Source: the human T2T-CHM13v2.0 reference genome, Homo sapiens
Reading direction: 5' to 3' (one strand)
Assembly (NCBI RefSeq): GCF_009914755.1
Contig: NC_060928.1
DNA: 64,000 bases
Shown: in pieces, positions 12,459-32,512 of the stretch
How positions within the stretch are numbered: the first letter of the stretch is position 1
How the letters are laid out: the number at the start of each line of letters is the position of its first letter
Translations under genes and position numbers: made by a program
Notes under the pieces: model-generated
The model's input: the letters and a program-made list of their open reading frames with translations, nothing else
Databases searched by the model: none
Told to the model about the DNA's origin: nothing

Positions 12459-13445
12459 CTAGAAGACAAATAAATAGGCAGAAATTAGACAATTTTTGTT
12501 TTTATTTTCATTGAAGATAAATATGTGATACACTTTTGCTCTACAAGTTTAAGGCCATAGTTACGTGGAGAAAATATAATTCTTGCATGAACTTTGTTAG
12601 TTGTATAGGATTTTAAGAGTTACAAAAAGGAAGATATGGATGAAATATATGCTTAACACAGTATGATCAAATGTAGACATAAAAAAGTAGAGTAAGCCAG
12701 TTGTAAATATAGATGTTTAGCATAATTTTTCCAAAAATAATTTTGATACTGTGTGAGCTATACTGTAGGATGGTTCCAATACCAAGATGGTACATAACCT
12801 AATACTGTGGGATAAAAATCATTTAAGACATACATAAACATATCCTCTAGTGTCTGGCTAGTTCATATGACAGACAAAGGAAATTGGCAGTCAGCATTAG
12901 TGAGTCATTTTACAGTTCTAAGATGTAGGCATTGTGATAATTACTCTGTGGCACACATCTGTATGTTTGTGACGAAAAGGACAGTGTCTGTATCTGTAAC
13001 ATGAAGACTGAACAAAAATACTCTGGTGATTTAAGAAGTGGCATATCCAAGTACATGAACTTTGATGTTTCAATTGAAACATCTCCCTAGAATTAGAGCT
13101 CTAAATCAACTTGCCATCACAATAGAGATAGTAACAGAGATAACAGTTCTAATGGCTTCTCAAACAATATTGGGTGGATATCTACATATTTAAAAGGCAA
13201 ACTGTGTCTTCACTTGCAGTTTCCCTAGTTGTTAAACCAAAATTAGTAGGTTTCATTTTGGTTTGTGTCTGGAAGAAAAGTTCCAGCCTGGATTCATGAA
13301 GATGAGCGAAGGTAAATGGTTTGTGCAGAGATGTCCCGGTGTTGGCAGGACATTGTTAGGACTGGGGAATGGGGAACATGGTCATCATTTACAAGAGAAC
13401 ATGGTACAACTAGATTCAGCAGCAGGAGTAGTTTACATGTGTTGA

Positions 13446-13481
13446 GTGTGTGTGTGTGTGTGTGTTTGTGTGTCTGTCTGT
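13446..13481 (+). repeat. (TG)n microsatellite
   Basis: Direct inspection. Confidence 0.9.
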
Positions 13482-13933
13482 CTAGTGAAAAAGAATATAA
13501 GTAAGTAATTTCACATGGATCATCCGAATATACTTTAGGCAATAAATAAATTTGTACATGTGAATCAAAAAATAAGAAGAAGAAAGCATGTTTTCCTATA
13601 AATGATGTGGGACAAAGACCATGCTCATAAATTTATTATTTCATGTTTTATTATACACTAATGTTTTATGACTGATATGTTAAAATATTCTGAATAATTA
13701 AATTACAATGGTCTATTCAAATGTAATTGTTAATGTTTATTAATTGCTTTAATGAATAACAGAATGGAGTACAAACACATCCATATATATACTCTACACT
13801 ATACCTTGTGTTCCCAGAGGTGGTATTTGGTTTAGGGTTAAAGTGAAGTTACTTTAAATTAAATAATTTTTAGGCATTTATTTAGAAATTTCTAACAGTA
13901 TTTATAGTTCTCATTTTTTTGCATCAATAGTTT

Positions 13934-14531
13934 TGTCAATGAAATGAATCAAAATCTAAAATATTTGAAGATATTTATTTGTAGCAAAATATGAGTGACC
14001 ATGGCCCATGATAAAGCCCTCAGGAAGTCCTGAGTATATGTGCCCAAGGTGGCTGGGGTGCAGCTTGGTTTTTACATTTTAGGAAGGCATAAGACATTAA
14101 TCAAATATGTTTAAGAAATACATTGGTTTGGTTTAGAAAGGTGGGACAACTTGAAGTGGGGGTGCATCCAGGCTATAGGTAAATTTAAACATATTCTGGT
14201 TGACAATTGGTTGAGTTTCTCTAAAGACCTGGGATCAAAGGGAAGGAATGCCTGGGTTAAGATAAAGGATTGTGGAGATCCAAGTCCTTATTTGCAGAGG
14301 AAGCCTTCAGGTAGTAGGCTTCAGAGAGAATAGGTTGTGAAACGTTTCTTATCAGACTGAAAGTCTGTGTTGATGCTAATGCCAGAGAGGTATACTAAGG
14401 CATATTTGACCCTCATTTCCCATCATGGCCTGAAACAGACTCTCAGGTTAAATTTTAACTTCCTCTGGCTGAGGAGGAAGTCCATTTGGATGGTTGGGTG
14501 AGAAGCTTAGAATTTTTATTTTTGGTTTACA
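13934..14531 (-). mobile_element. MER4-family ERV1 solo LTR in intron 5
   Basis: Minus strand begins TGTAAACCAAAAATAAAAATTCTAAG and ends TTGACA; 4-bp TSD GTTT on both sides. Confidence 0.85.
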
Positions 14532-15249
14532 GTTTTCAAGTCAATAATAAAATTTAACCATCATTTTAAGCATTAGAGTTAAAGAGAATCACAGACTGTA
14601 CCTACACTGATAATTAATAAAATGAACAAAATTGTCAGCAACTAACAACTTTGTAATAGTCTAATTGACTAGTCATTAAAGTCAAAAAAAGATCATACTG
14701 AGCCTTGCTGAAGCTCCTAACCCACCACTTAGCTCATGAATTATGATTTCTAAAATTATGACTTATACAACATGTACGTATTAATAAAAGTCAATTAATT
14801 GGAATGTGGATGGGGAGCAAAAGTGGACAACCAGGGCTGAGTCTTGGTATGAATCTAAACCAACTGTTGAGTGTCTTTCTTTTTTGAAATGAATACATTA
14901 GCCCTCGTGTCTAAAATGCCTGGCAAAGGTCACTGAATAGATGTTTTTAAGCAGGTTACTTCCGTTAAGAAAAAGCACTAAATTCCATCCGAGTTTACCT
15001 TCTCCTCTCCTGAATCTCAGCCTTCAGGAAAAGTGAATGAAATATTAAAGCTATTCTTCAAGCTTGGACTCTACATGAAAACAATTAAGTCCAATACAAC
15101 ATAAAGCAAGTTTAAAGCACCCACACAAATTCAGAGCAAACACCAAGACCGAGAAAAAATAACAGCCTGATAACCACTTACACATATTGAAAAATAAATG
15201 AGAAACTAAAAATGCATTTAGGTATTGCATATAGTCCAAAGAAGAGGAG

Positions 15250-16250
15250 ATTCAAAATACAATAATAGCGGGAGGGTAATGAATATGATATCAAAATTGA
15301 CTTACAAAGCAAGAGGAAGTGATAAGGAGATAGGTGAGCTGATGATACAAGTTGTTAAAAATGACAGTTGAAAGAATTAATAAAGAAATTAGAAACAGCA
15401 AGCAATGCTCATGGTAAAAATAATAAATTTACTAATTTGTGAACTATTGGAGGCAATCTCAATGAATTAATAATAGTAAAAATTGATTAGAACAATTAGA
15501 CAGGAAATAAGAGAGGAAAACATACCAAAATACTTTATCATAGGGAAGACTAAACTGGTGCTCCAGAAGTAAAGATAAAAAATGGAAATAAAAGGCATTC
15601 AAAGAAATAATACAAAAAAAATTAATTTCTGAAAAGAAAAACTGGATAATTTTTTATCTTAGATTAACATTGTTGTAAAGACACAGTATAATTGAAGAAA
15701 AATATATAAAATAATTTGTAAGAATACACCATAACTGAGTTTCTGAATTTTAAAAAGTAACTATTTCTTTTTCCAAGTTGAAAAGAAAGCAAAAAGATAC
15801 AACAGTCAGGCAGGACTCAGAAATCATATAGCACAATTTAAACTGGAAGGCCATAAGTAATATTTCCACAGGTCTGAAGGAAAGAAAGCAAGAGCTAAAT
15901 ATATTGTATTCAGATAAAAGTCATTCTCATAACAAAGCAGTGAGTGAATATTGCTAAACATTATCTCAGAGAATTCAATATCCAAGTCTTTATTGAAAGA
16001 AAATTCCATGTGAGATAATCAGTCAAGAAATAAATCCTAAATATTTTGGAATAAATAATCTCTAATTCAACGGTGAACACTGAGTCCCTTAAAATATAGG
16101 AAACAGAGTAAATGTGAGAAAAAAATGACATAAATATTGGTAAAGTAAAATTACAACATAAGTAATATAAATTTGGAATGAAATAGAGATACATTTCAAA
16201 GCAGGAGTTCAACTATAAGTAGCTAAAATTAAAACACATCATCAAAAATA
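15250..16250 (+). mobile_element. Highly degenerate old L1 (ORF1 region)
   Basis: A-rich sequence with ORF1-like remnants (aaagaaataatacaa...tttctgaa, ...ctgaaggaaagaaa...). Confidence 0.4.
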
Positions 16251-16761
16251 AAGACTCAAAATTACATATACATATATCATATTACTTTGGTGAGATCTTT
16301 CAGAGAAAAAAATAAGACACAATATATATACACACACACTATCTACTAAGCTATATATATAGACTTATATATATAATATACTAAGCTATGTATACATAAC
16401 TCAATATATTTTATAGATTCATTTCAATCTAAAAGCTGAATCAGATAAAATTATACTTAAATTTTATTTAAAATATCACATAGTACAAATCAATATTTAA
16501 AAAATTATCCACTACCCTATATCTTTTCTCTCTGTGTGTATACATATACTAATTAAAGGTATCGAATGGTATATACTCAGTGTGAATAGTTATTTCTGAA
16601 TGCTTATTACTGAGCGTATTATCATTTCAATTTTGTATTTACTGATTAGTTTATAATATGTACATACTTACTAATTAGTTTATAATATTAAGCAGATTAT
16701 CCAGAAAAAATGAGAATTTATATAATCATAGCATTCTTTATTTTGAAAAATATTGAAATAA

Positions 16762-17078
<317 letters not shown>

Positions 17079-17281
17079 AATATTTGAAGTCTTAGGATTT
17101 TCTTATTTTTCTGATTTCAGCAAATCACTTTAGCAGTTTGGCAAATAAAATAGTTTTTATATTGGTCAGGTTATGGTTGTTATTGGAAAATAATTACAAA
17201 AGTATAAAAGAATGTACATTTTCTGGTATTATGAATAATGTAATTAAAGTTAGGCAAGTTTTTAGGAGCCTTAGTACTTAC

Positions 17282-17501
17282 GAAGGTTCATTAATGACTG
17301 TTCTCAAAGCGCTAAGCAAATCCACACTTGTCATTGTGTTTAGGTTCACTTCCACAGCTGCTCCTTTGGCCTTCATGTGAGCAATGTTATCAGGCTGATC
17401 AGCAAACATGGGAACTCCCACCATAGGGACTCCGTGGTAAATAGCTTCGTAGATCCCATTAGTTCCACCATGAGTGATAAAAGCTTTGGTTTTGGGATGT
17501 C
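17282..17501 (-). CDS. UGT2A2: UGT2A1/UGT2A2 common exon 5 (220 nt; UDP-glucuronic acid binding signature)
   Basis: [72 protein letters not shown](S). Acceptor AATTAG|GA, donor TC|GTAAGT. Confidence 0.97.
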
Positions 17502-17966
17502 CTAATTTGAGGATGGAGTGAGAAGTGGGTGTGTAATAATAACACATTAGCAGAATTTGAGAGACAGAAGGGGTCAAAAAGCTGTAATGTAACTCTCTAA
17601 AGAAGGATACGTTTTCTACAAAAGCAGATCACATAGGGCATTGGAATGTCAGAAAACTGTGATCCCAGGAAAAGCAGTAATTAACAGCATTTGCATTTTC
17701 TGGGAATATATTACTGAGGAGATGATATCTGAACTGAAAATGAAACTTGAAGTGTGATTAATGTTAACTGAAAATGCTCTTTTGTGAACCAGAGGAAGCC
17801 TGAGTCTATAAAATTAATGGCCAATTATGTAATTATATCTGCTTTAAAATTGAGTGTCAAATAACATTTTAAATTATTAAAAATGTATTGAATTTATTTG
17901 CTATTAAACAGTTACTTAACTTGTCTATTGTCCCACTGTACAGCTTTTCTTTCCCCACAGTCTTAC

Positions 17967-18054
17967 CAAGAAGATCATTCTGGGGTATCCAATCAAAGAG
18001 CTGAGTATTGTTTCCTAATGTGGCTGGTTTCTTTCCTTTGTATCTCCATAAAAC
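17967..18054 (-). CDS. UGT2A2: UGT2A1/UGT2A2 common exon 4 (88 nt)
   Basis: [29 protein letters not shown](G), the start of the UGT signature. Acceptor TTTTCCACAG|GT, donor TTG|GTAAGA. Confidence 0.97.
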
Positions 18055-19054
18055 CTGTGGAAAATGGTGCTTTAATTTTGCAAGGAAAAACACAATGAGG
18101 ACATTTTAAGTTGGGAGAATTATTTAGAAATCATTTAGCCAGCTACTTGGAAGACGGGAATTACATAAGCAGTAGTTTACAAACGTTGAGATACGTAGTA
18201 GGACTGTTTATATGTACCTTTTTGTAAAGTCTTGTACTAATAGTCTACCAAGTATAGTATTATTGTTTTGATATTTATCACTTAAAAGCTTTTGGAAGTT
18301 AGATTTTAAGTGAAGAAATAGAACGTAAACAGTACCAGTTTAATCAATCACAACATGGAGGGGAAAAATCATGAAGAGTGTTATGTGCTTTAAACAATAC
18401 ATAAATATAAAGAGTCCTAGGATGTGTCATGAATAGAAGTATAAAAAGAATAGAAATGCAAAATTGTAGAGATAAAAATTAAGGTTAATTGAATAACATA
18501 AGTCAGAAATTGCATGTTGTTGGACTATAATATTTGAATTTTAATTGTTTTTAGCTAGAGAATATTCAACTTAGAAAGGCTAAGTGAATTGAGGCTTCTA
18601 CTTCTAAACCAACTACACTTTGATAGAGTTGTAATAAAACCTAGACATTCGAATTATATTTTTAGCATAATTTCTCCCTGCTTTGTGTTTACACTCTCTT
18701 TTCCTGGACCATGGAGCTAACAAACTTCAAAACTTTTGAAAGTAGTCAGTGGAGAACAAAAAATTTCAAATAGTAAAAGGTCAGTAGGGGCTTAAAGTTT
18801 TCATTTCTATTCCATTAAAAATAAATGACTTCAAAAAAGTATGTGTTTCTAAAATAATGCCAAGGCTCAGTAGGCAAATGATTCAATGTGCTAATGTACA
18901 CAATTTTAATATATTACACAACGTTACTTACAACTGTTACTAGTGATACTCAGTGTATAATGAGTTTTGATTTTCATATGGAAAGAACATTACTAGCTGC
19001 ATTGTCTCTCCCATTAGTAAAAAGCTGTGTACCAGGATTCCAGGCTGTACTGAC

Positions 19055-19186
19055 CTTCTGTGGAATCTGGGCAAGGGCTGAGGCAATAAGATTGGCCTTT
19101 TCTTCTGTAAGGTTTTTGACCATTGATCCCAGAGAAAACACCACAACACCATTTTTACCTGAGCTCTGGATAAATTCTTCCATTTC
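19055..19186 (-). CDS. UGT2A2: UGT2A1/UGT2A2 common exon 3 (132 nt, phase 0-0)
   Basis: [44 protein letters not shown]. Acceptor TATGCAG|GAA, donor AAG|GTCAGT. Confidence 0.97.
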
Positions 19187-19337
19187 CTGCATACATAATA
19201 TATTTTCTATTACAAAGGTGTAGCATCATAAGAAAAAATAAGTTTACTTACACATTTAAGTAGGTAAAATTAAGATATATGTCAGAGAAACTGTTGAACT
19301 GTCTGTCTTCTGACATGTAGAAAGATCTAGTTTCTAT

Positions 19338-19672
<335 letters not shown>

Positions 19673-20520
19673 TAAATATATAATCAGTGATTACAAGTCC
19701 AAGCATGAAAGCAAAACCATTACAGAAATGAACACTAAATAAGGGACAACTCTTCTCATGCTAACTGAAATTGTTACCCCCAAGGCTTAATTTAACCAAT
19801 CAACAGGGTTGTTTGCAAACTCATAAAAACAGTTTTTGGAGGGAAGCCCAACAAAGGATACTGAGCTAGGCTTTTAAAATTGTTAGCATTCCAGTTATAT
19901 CTAATAAAATTATTAATAAATTTATCGGTTCCTGTTAAGCATTCAAGATCATTTTCTCAACTGTATGCCTCCTTTGATTCATAGGTCTAAGAAAAAATTT
20001 GTTTAAAATGGCATCTAATTGTAACATATTTTAGAACAGGATAACAAAGTGCATCTCCAACTGTAATCACAATGATGCGTATGAGACAGTGCATCTCTTT
20101 CTTCTTGATGTATAAGCTGCCATGAGTGTGATGTTAGCTATGTGCCCTTAATTTGAGCCTTAAAGCAAAATTAAAATATAAATTTGTCTGCCAATAAAAT
20201 TCCTTAGGTAATTACTTATAGTTTTGCAAATTTGACACTGCAAAATCTGAGATTAAGGCCTTTCACATCATATCTATATGAATGCTACTTTCTACAGATG
20301 TATCCTGCATTCCCTGTGCAAATATTTGTTGGGATCACACTGGAATCACTGATGTATCACTTTATGACTAGCCAAATAACTAGGGGAGGGTGATATCTTA
20401 AGTGAAAATAGATTGCTATTTTTGGCTTAGTTAATGTCAGGAGAATATTTCTGAAGTCCCAGGAATTGGTGCTTTGCCATTTTGATTTATTTTCCAAACA
20501 GATATTAATTCATTAAAATA

Positions 20521-20569
20521 ACACACACACACACACACACAAACATACACATACACACAAACGTACACA
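20521..20569 (+). repeat. (CA)n imperfect microsatellite
   Basis: Direct inspection. Confidence 0.9.
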
Positions 20570-22050
20570 TCTATCATACTGATATGGATTTTTCATTTGA
20601 CAGTCTCTTGTTGTTTTTGTATTCTGTGTACCCAGTGATTGGCGTAATTATTTCATCAGCAATATAACCCATGGTTGGTATTCATATTTCCCAAAGCCTA
20701 TATCGATATTTATATTGATTGAATACATAATGGCATAATGTCTGCTATTGTAAAACATGGCTGATTTGTCTTTGTGAAATTGTGAGAATATGTGTATATG
20801 TGTGTGTTTGTGTAAAAAGTGGGTTTGGGAGGAAAAACATAATAGGGTGTCATGGGTCATTATCCAGTGACCTATGGATACGTCATGAATATTTCTGTGT
20901 CTTTATTTAGATATTGGTACATTATTTCCTATAATAAACATTCACTAGAGCTTGCCTGCAGCCATAACTTGACTGGCCAGAAAATCCTGAAATAAAATTT
21001 TTAGAATCCTGAAATAAAATTTTAAACTTAAATATGTCTGTTACTATAAACAGAAATTTAGTACTCTTATAGGAACCTGCAACTTTCTAAAAAGATTACA
21101 TTTGCTTGTGTATAAACCAAGTAAATAATAGCCTGTTTCCTCACTCCTTATTGATAGTTAAATACATTGTTCCTACCATGTGTACCTGTACTCTATTTTG
21201 CTTCTCAACACTTTTTCTGTATAACATTTCTTATATTCCACATTTCTTTTCTGAAGACTTCATATTGTAGCATACAATTTCCTTCTCATGCCATAAAACC
21301 TGACACTATATTTATAAAGAACCAATACAACATTTGTATCTCTCAGTTTTATAATAGCTACTTTATGCTGATGAATCTGAATCTATTTCTAATGCTTCCT
21401 GCTTGAATTTACACTTTGTACTACCTAAATGATTTCTAGAAATTACCAAAACTCCTTTTTGTTCCTTACAGTAAATAGGTCAGAAACTAAACTCACCATT
21501 GTCAACTCAAAAGAGTTTTTTTTTTAACCAATTGTTTCCTAACAGTAGATGGCACAACTGTCTAATAAATTCTCAAGATTAAAACCTAAGAGCCCTGCCT
21601 TATTTCATTGTCTTTCTTCAATAATGACCTCTTACTCACCAAGTTAAATGGAATTCACCCAACAGTTTTCATGAAGACATCTTTATCTCTCAAGAAATTT
21701 GGTAAATATTACTGTTCATAATGCTATGTGGCTTGGTAAGACTAGGGCAGTATCCTTCGTAATTTCTATGATCTGGTTTTCTGTCCCACCAAGTCCAGTA
21801 TCAAGGTGTAGACACACTGATATTTGTAACACACAGCTTTAATCATTTTATTCTTCAGTTTAAATTGTCAATGTAAAGTTCAAAACACCTAATATCACTT
21901 GTAGGAGACCTCTATCACAAGGAAAATAGATGTGGAGTAGCAAACTGAAATGTCCAGCAGCATTTATTTGTTATTGAGGCTATAAACTTTAAAAGAAAAT
22001 TAAGTATTTTATTATGAAGAGCATAAAATCCTCCACTGTTGTAGACCTAC

Positions 22051-22199
22051 CTTAGGTAAAGGTTTGGCAGGTTTGCAGTGCAATCCTCCAACAAACTCAA
22101 AATTAGGTAAGTATGGACGAGGAAATTCAAAATCCCAATATGTTCGGATTAACCAAATTTCAGCTTTCCCCATAGTCTCACATAACGTAGTGGGTCTTC
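22051..22199 (-). CDS. UGT2A2: UGT2A1/UGT2A2 common exon 2 (149 nt)
   Basis: Not in the ORF track. Translated by hand: (G)[49 protein letters not shown]. Acceptor TTTTCTCCAG|GA, donor AAG|GTAGGT; canonical UGT2 exon-2 length. Confidence 0.97.
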
Positions 22200-22342
22200 C
22201 TGGAGAAAATGTAACAAGTTGGATGGAGGAAATTAGCTTATATGTTTGCTGAGGAGAAAAAAAAGCTACCAGTAATTTCCTGATAAGCTGTTAAGAAAAA
22301 ACTGAATTAGGTCTTCTAGAATACTTATCATGTTTATATATT

Positions 22343-22597
22343 AAGAAGAAGGAGAAATTAAAGAGGATGGAAGAAAGGAAGGAGGAAGGAAGAAAAGAAG
22401 GAAGGAAGGGAGGAAGGGAGGAAGGCAGGCAAGCAGGGAGGGAGAGAGAGGAAAGCAAGGAAAAGTGAGAAAAAGGGAAGAAAGAGGTAGAAATAAAGAA
22501 AGAGAGAGAGAGAGGAAGAGAGAGAGATGGAGAAAAGGAGAAAGGGAAGAAGAGAGGGAGTAGAGTGGGGCCTGGGAAAGGAAGGAAGGAGGGAGGA
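22343..22597 (+). repeat. GA/GGAA-rich polypurine tract
   Basis: About 250 nt of almost only A/G. Confidence 0.9.
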
Positions 22598-22714
22598 TTT
22601 TTTGTTAGTGAAAAAGAAGTAATGTGTAAGTGTAATTTCACAATAATAAATCAACCAAAATTAAACTATAACTACAACTACTGACAAATTAAACATTCAT
22701 TTTCTCTCTTCAGT

Positions 22715-24720
22715 TAAATGCCAGATAAGTTTCTTCCCCAGGACAGCAAATCAGAGGCATTGCTAGCATGCCTCTCCCACTTGAAAAGACAATATAGTGA
22801 ATAGAGAGACACACTGTGAATTTGTTTACAAGAAGCAACACAGAAACTTAACAGAAAAATAAAAGTAACCATAAACCCTTTGAAAAAAGTGGTGGGCAGC
22901 AGCCTATCCTGTGAGCCAGGTGAAAAACCATGAGTCCCCAGAGTGTGAGTGGGGAGAAACTGCCTCTGGGATATATACACCCACTGGGAAACCTGGCAAT
23001 CCAGACCACGGGGAAATGCCTTAACCCTACCCAGTACTGGAGCTGCTTTAGTGAGCAGTGGGAAACACATGAGAAAGAGCAGCATCTGGACATGGTTTGT
23101 GTGCACTCCCAGACTCCAGCAGGGACAGAGAAAAGTCACTCCTAATCCTATATCACAAGGGACCTTGCGGAAGTCTGTCAACTAACTCAGGTTGTGGTCA
23201 CAGGTTGAGAGAGCTCCCAACTGAGAATCACAGTACAATTTTGAGTGGGGACAAACTCCCTTTGGCCAGAATTGAGGAATGAGTAGGAAGTGTGCTATGG
23301 CCACAGGCACAAGAGATGGACATCCCTACTTTAGAGGAGCATGGCCTGAAAGCCACAGTTTCCATCTCAGTGGGTGTGTTAGGCCTTTCTCTTATTCCCA
23401 TAAAGAAATACTTGAAACTGAGTAATTTATTTTTTTAAAAAGAGGTTTAATTGGCTTATGGTCCCATAGGCTGTACAGGAAGCATAGTGGTTTCTGCTTC
23501 TGGGGAGGCCTCAGGAAGCATCTAATCATGGCAGAAGGCAACAGAGCAGCAGGTTGTTTTGCATGATGGGAGCAGGAGCAAGAGAGAGAGTGAGGGCAAA
23601 GGTGCTATACACTTAAAAAAAAAAACAGATCTCGTGATAACTCACTCACTATCACAAGAAGAGTACCAAGGGAGGATGGCGCTAAACCTTTCATGAATAC
23701 TCTACCCCCATGATCCAATCCTCTCCAATCAGGCCCCACTTCCAACATTGGGGATCACAATTTGACATAAGACTTGGGCAGAGACACAGATCTAAACCAT
23801 ATCAGTGGGGAAGGCTTATGACCTGGGGCATTTTTGAGTTTTGAGAGGAGTGTGCCTGGAATCCAGTTACCTGATGCTAGTGGAATACTGCAAATGTGAG
23901 AACTGCCTTGCCAAGCATGTAGGAGCCAGGTGAGGTTTACTTCCTGCTGCTACACATACTCCCCATGTGGATTCTTCTGTGCAGCAGAGGCGGCTGCACT
24001 TCTCCCTGGAACATTACCCCAACAGCCAGAGAGCTTCCCTCTGATCCTCACTGTGACCACTACTCATGCCTACATAGGGGGAGCCAGAGCACAGACTTGA
24101 CTGACCCAGCCTCGTGTTCTTGCTCCTGCACCTGCCCTGGTGGCTTAACAGAAAGGACAGAGAATTTGGGGAGCTCCATGCCCTTCCCCGCCCCCCGGAG
24201 TACTACTCCTGGGTAACATAAGGCAAGCACAAAACTCACTTCTACCACTACAATTGGAGCTCTTTTGCAAGTGCCACCTCTTGGCTAGAGGCCAACTGAC
24301 AGTCCATTACAGCATCTGCAGGCATAATAACACAACCCCAAGAAGGAAAACACTTCTGCATGACCTCAGCTATCACTATTACCTGCATCACTTTGGGTAA
24401 CCAGGAGGTCCTGAGTTTGTCCACATGCCAGTACGTTACTACCACAGCTGGCATTTGAGAAAGTCAACATTGCTAAGGCCAATAACCAAGGAATCTCACA
24501 AAGTCTATGTAACTCCCCTGCCACCCCTGTCAGAGCTGGTGCTGGTATCCACTGATGGGAGACTAGAGGACAGGTCATATCACTGGATCCCTTGCAGACA
24601 TTCCCTAGCACCAGTCTGGGGTGTGACAGCCCTACTGGGTGGCCAGGTCTAGAGGAGCAGCAGCACTCATAGTAGTCTGGCCCTCAGAGACTCTTACTCT
24701 TGGGCAAAGGAGGGCTGTAC
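22715..24720 (+). mobile_element. Old L1 (L1PB/L1MA-type) 5' UTR region
   Basis: GC-elevated block with L1 5' UTR motifs (gagcgccacctc/ctggaggccaac-like, gctggtatccactgatgggagac, gacaggtcacatcac-like); interrupted by an MST LTR. Confidence 0.65.
23375..23804 (-). mobile_element. MSTA-type MaLR solo LTR
   Basis: tgtgttaggcc...gaggtttaattggct...gaggcctcaggaagc...aaaccatatca; 5-bp TSD GTGGG. Confidence 0.9.
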
Positions 24721-25267
24721 CACAACCATGCAACTTGAGAAATTAAAGGGTAGAGTAAAACTAAGACAACTTGAATAATTAATATAATCAAGAAAAAGTA
24801 TATTATTGAAATAGAAATCAAATTAAAAGTCAATCATACTCAAAAATAGATGCTGTTACAGTTAAAATGATTATCTGACTAAATCTAGTAATATTTTAAC
24901 AAAAGATATGAAAAAGTTGGACTCATTATAGTAATGAAATGATAGCTTAAAACTGAAAAGTAGATAAGTTCACCTTATTAGAAGGTAAAAAGAGGAAAAT
25001 CCTATCATCTCAAGCAATAAAAACAGTTGTTCATAATCTTGAAATTCTATTAGTAAACTACAAATAGAAAAGAATTTCTTTACACCAACAAAGGCACTCC
25101 AAACAAAAAAGTTTCATCAAATGTAACCTTTATGTTAAAATAGTAAGAGCATTCTTATCAAGACGAAAAAAAGTCAGTGGTATGTACTAATGACAACTTT
25201 AATTCAACAATACTTTACTGCAGTTAAACAAGAAAAACAATTTTTAGAATAACAAAGATTTAGGAGT

Positions 25268-25268
<1 letters not shown>

Positions 25269-25309
<41 letters not shown>
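25269..25309 (+). repeat. (TATC)n tetranucleotide STR
   Basis: About 10 TATC units. Confidence 0.95.
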
Positions 25310-25651
25310 GATATCATGTTATGTAACAAATCCAAAACAATATACAGATAAATCTTCAGAATGAGGAAGAGAAGTTTTAATTTTGCTGAATGCAAAACTA
25401 TAACATAGCAACTGAAATTTCTGTGCACAAGTAAACGAAGATTTAATTTAAAAACTAAATTTCCACTGAAAAACTTGGAATAGTTTTTACAAAAGTTACA
25501 TAATCTATTCATGCTTATAATTGCAAAATTGTATTAAAACCCACAATAGAAAAGTAAATAGAGCTAACTTGTTCACAGATAAGAAGATCAAAATTCATAA
25601 AGATGTCCATTCTCTAAAATCAATTTATAGATTAATTATGAATCTTATTAA

Positions 25652-25899
25652 GGGTCAGGAGTTCAAGACCAGTGTGGCCAAGATGGTGAAACCCCGTCTC
25701 TACTAAAAATACAAAAAAATTAGCCGGGCGTGGTGGCAGGTGCCTGTAATCCCAGATACTCTAGAGGCTGAGGCAGAGAATTGCTTGAACCCGGGAGGAG
25801 GAGGTTGCAGTGAGCCAAGATCACGCCACTGCAATCCACCCTGGGTGACAGAGAGAGACTCCATCTAAAAAAAATAAAAAATAAATGAATAAATAAATA
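25652..25899 (+). mobile_element. 5'-truncated AluS (Sg-like) with 11-bp TSD
   Basis: TSD AATCTTATTAA at 25641-25651 and 25900-25910. Confidence 0.9.
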
Positions 25900-26200
25900 A
25901 ATCTTATTAAAATTTCAAAATCACAAGTTTCATAAACCTTTACAATTGTTGTAGAACTTTATATGTGATTCTAAAATCCATACGGAAAAGCAAAGAGCCA
26001 AAAATAATCAAGGAACTCCAGATGAAGAGATACAAGAGGAAGGAATATTATTTTACCAGATATCAAGAACTAATATAAAGGAAAGCAGTTAAGATAGTGA
26101 AAAAAAACAAAACCACTTATGTAATGAAATTCATGAATGACAAAGATGCAGGCATGCAGGAAAAAATGTTTTCAATAAATAGTGATGGGACAGCTCCTTA

Positions 26201-31389
<5,189 letters not shown>

Positions 31390-31401
31390 TAGGTAGGCTG
31401 A

Positions 31402-31679
<278 letters not shown>

Positions 31680-31955
31680 TAATTTTAAACAAATTTATAT
31701 GTTTAAAGTAAAAGCAAAACCATAGCTTCTATTAAGACAGCATAAAAATCCTTTTTTTAATTTCATAGTAGAAAAGGATTTCCTCAGGAACATAAAGAAA
31801 AATTATAAAGAGTATGATTAATATATTCACTTCCATTAAATTTAAAATCTACGATTCATTATCTGATATTAAAAGATAATGAGAAAACCATCATAAACTG
31901 TAGGAAGATATCTGCAATATATAAAACTGGCTCAGGCTCATCTAGAATATATAAG

Positions 31956-32280
31956 ATTTTTTTTTTTTTTTTGACACAGCGTTTTTCTCTGTCTTCCAGG
32001 CTGGAATGCAGTGGTGCCAACACAGCTCACTGCAGCCTTGACCTTATGAGCCCAAGAAATCCTCCTACCTCAGCCTCTCAGTAGCTGGGACCAGAGGTGC
32101 ACAACACCAAACCTAGCTATTTTTTTCTTTTCTTTTCTACTATTTTTTATTTTTCAGTTTTAATTTTTTGTTTGTTTGTGTTGTAGAGATGATGTCTCTC
32201 TCTGTTTCCCTGGCTGGCCTCAAACTCCTGGGCTCAAGTGATATACCTTGGCCTCCTAAAGAGCTGGGATTACAGGTGTA
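31956..32280 (-). mobile_element. AluJ-type SINE
   Basis: Poly-T then a degenerate Alu dimer ending gctgggattacaggtgt. Confidence 0.88.
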
Positions 32281-32454
32281 GCAATCATTGAGTTGTAGAC
32301 TGAAACTGTAAATTTTAAAGCATGTAAATTATATCTCAATACAACTGTTAATAAAAGTCAGTAAATGAATTGAATAGTTTGCAGAACAATGGGAAATATA
32401 ACACCCTACTCGTGAAAGTATAAACTAGTATAATGTCTCTGAGATGAGATTATT

Positions 32455-32512
32455 TATACCTATACATATTTCTATACCTATACCCACACCTATACCTATA
32501 CCTATACCTATA
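32455..32512 (+). repeat. (TATACC)n hexamer repeat
   Basis: Direct inspection. Confidence 0.8.

Noticed and set aside
20983-21024. Short tandem duplications (AATCCTGAAATAAAATTTT x2; also TTTCTACTATTTAG x2 at about 3813)
   Set aside because: Ordinary slippage duplications; only two copies, no array or spacer structure.
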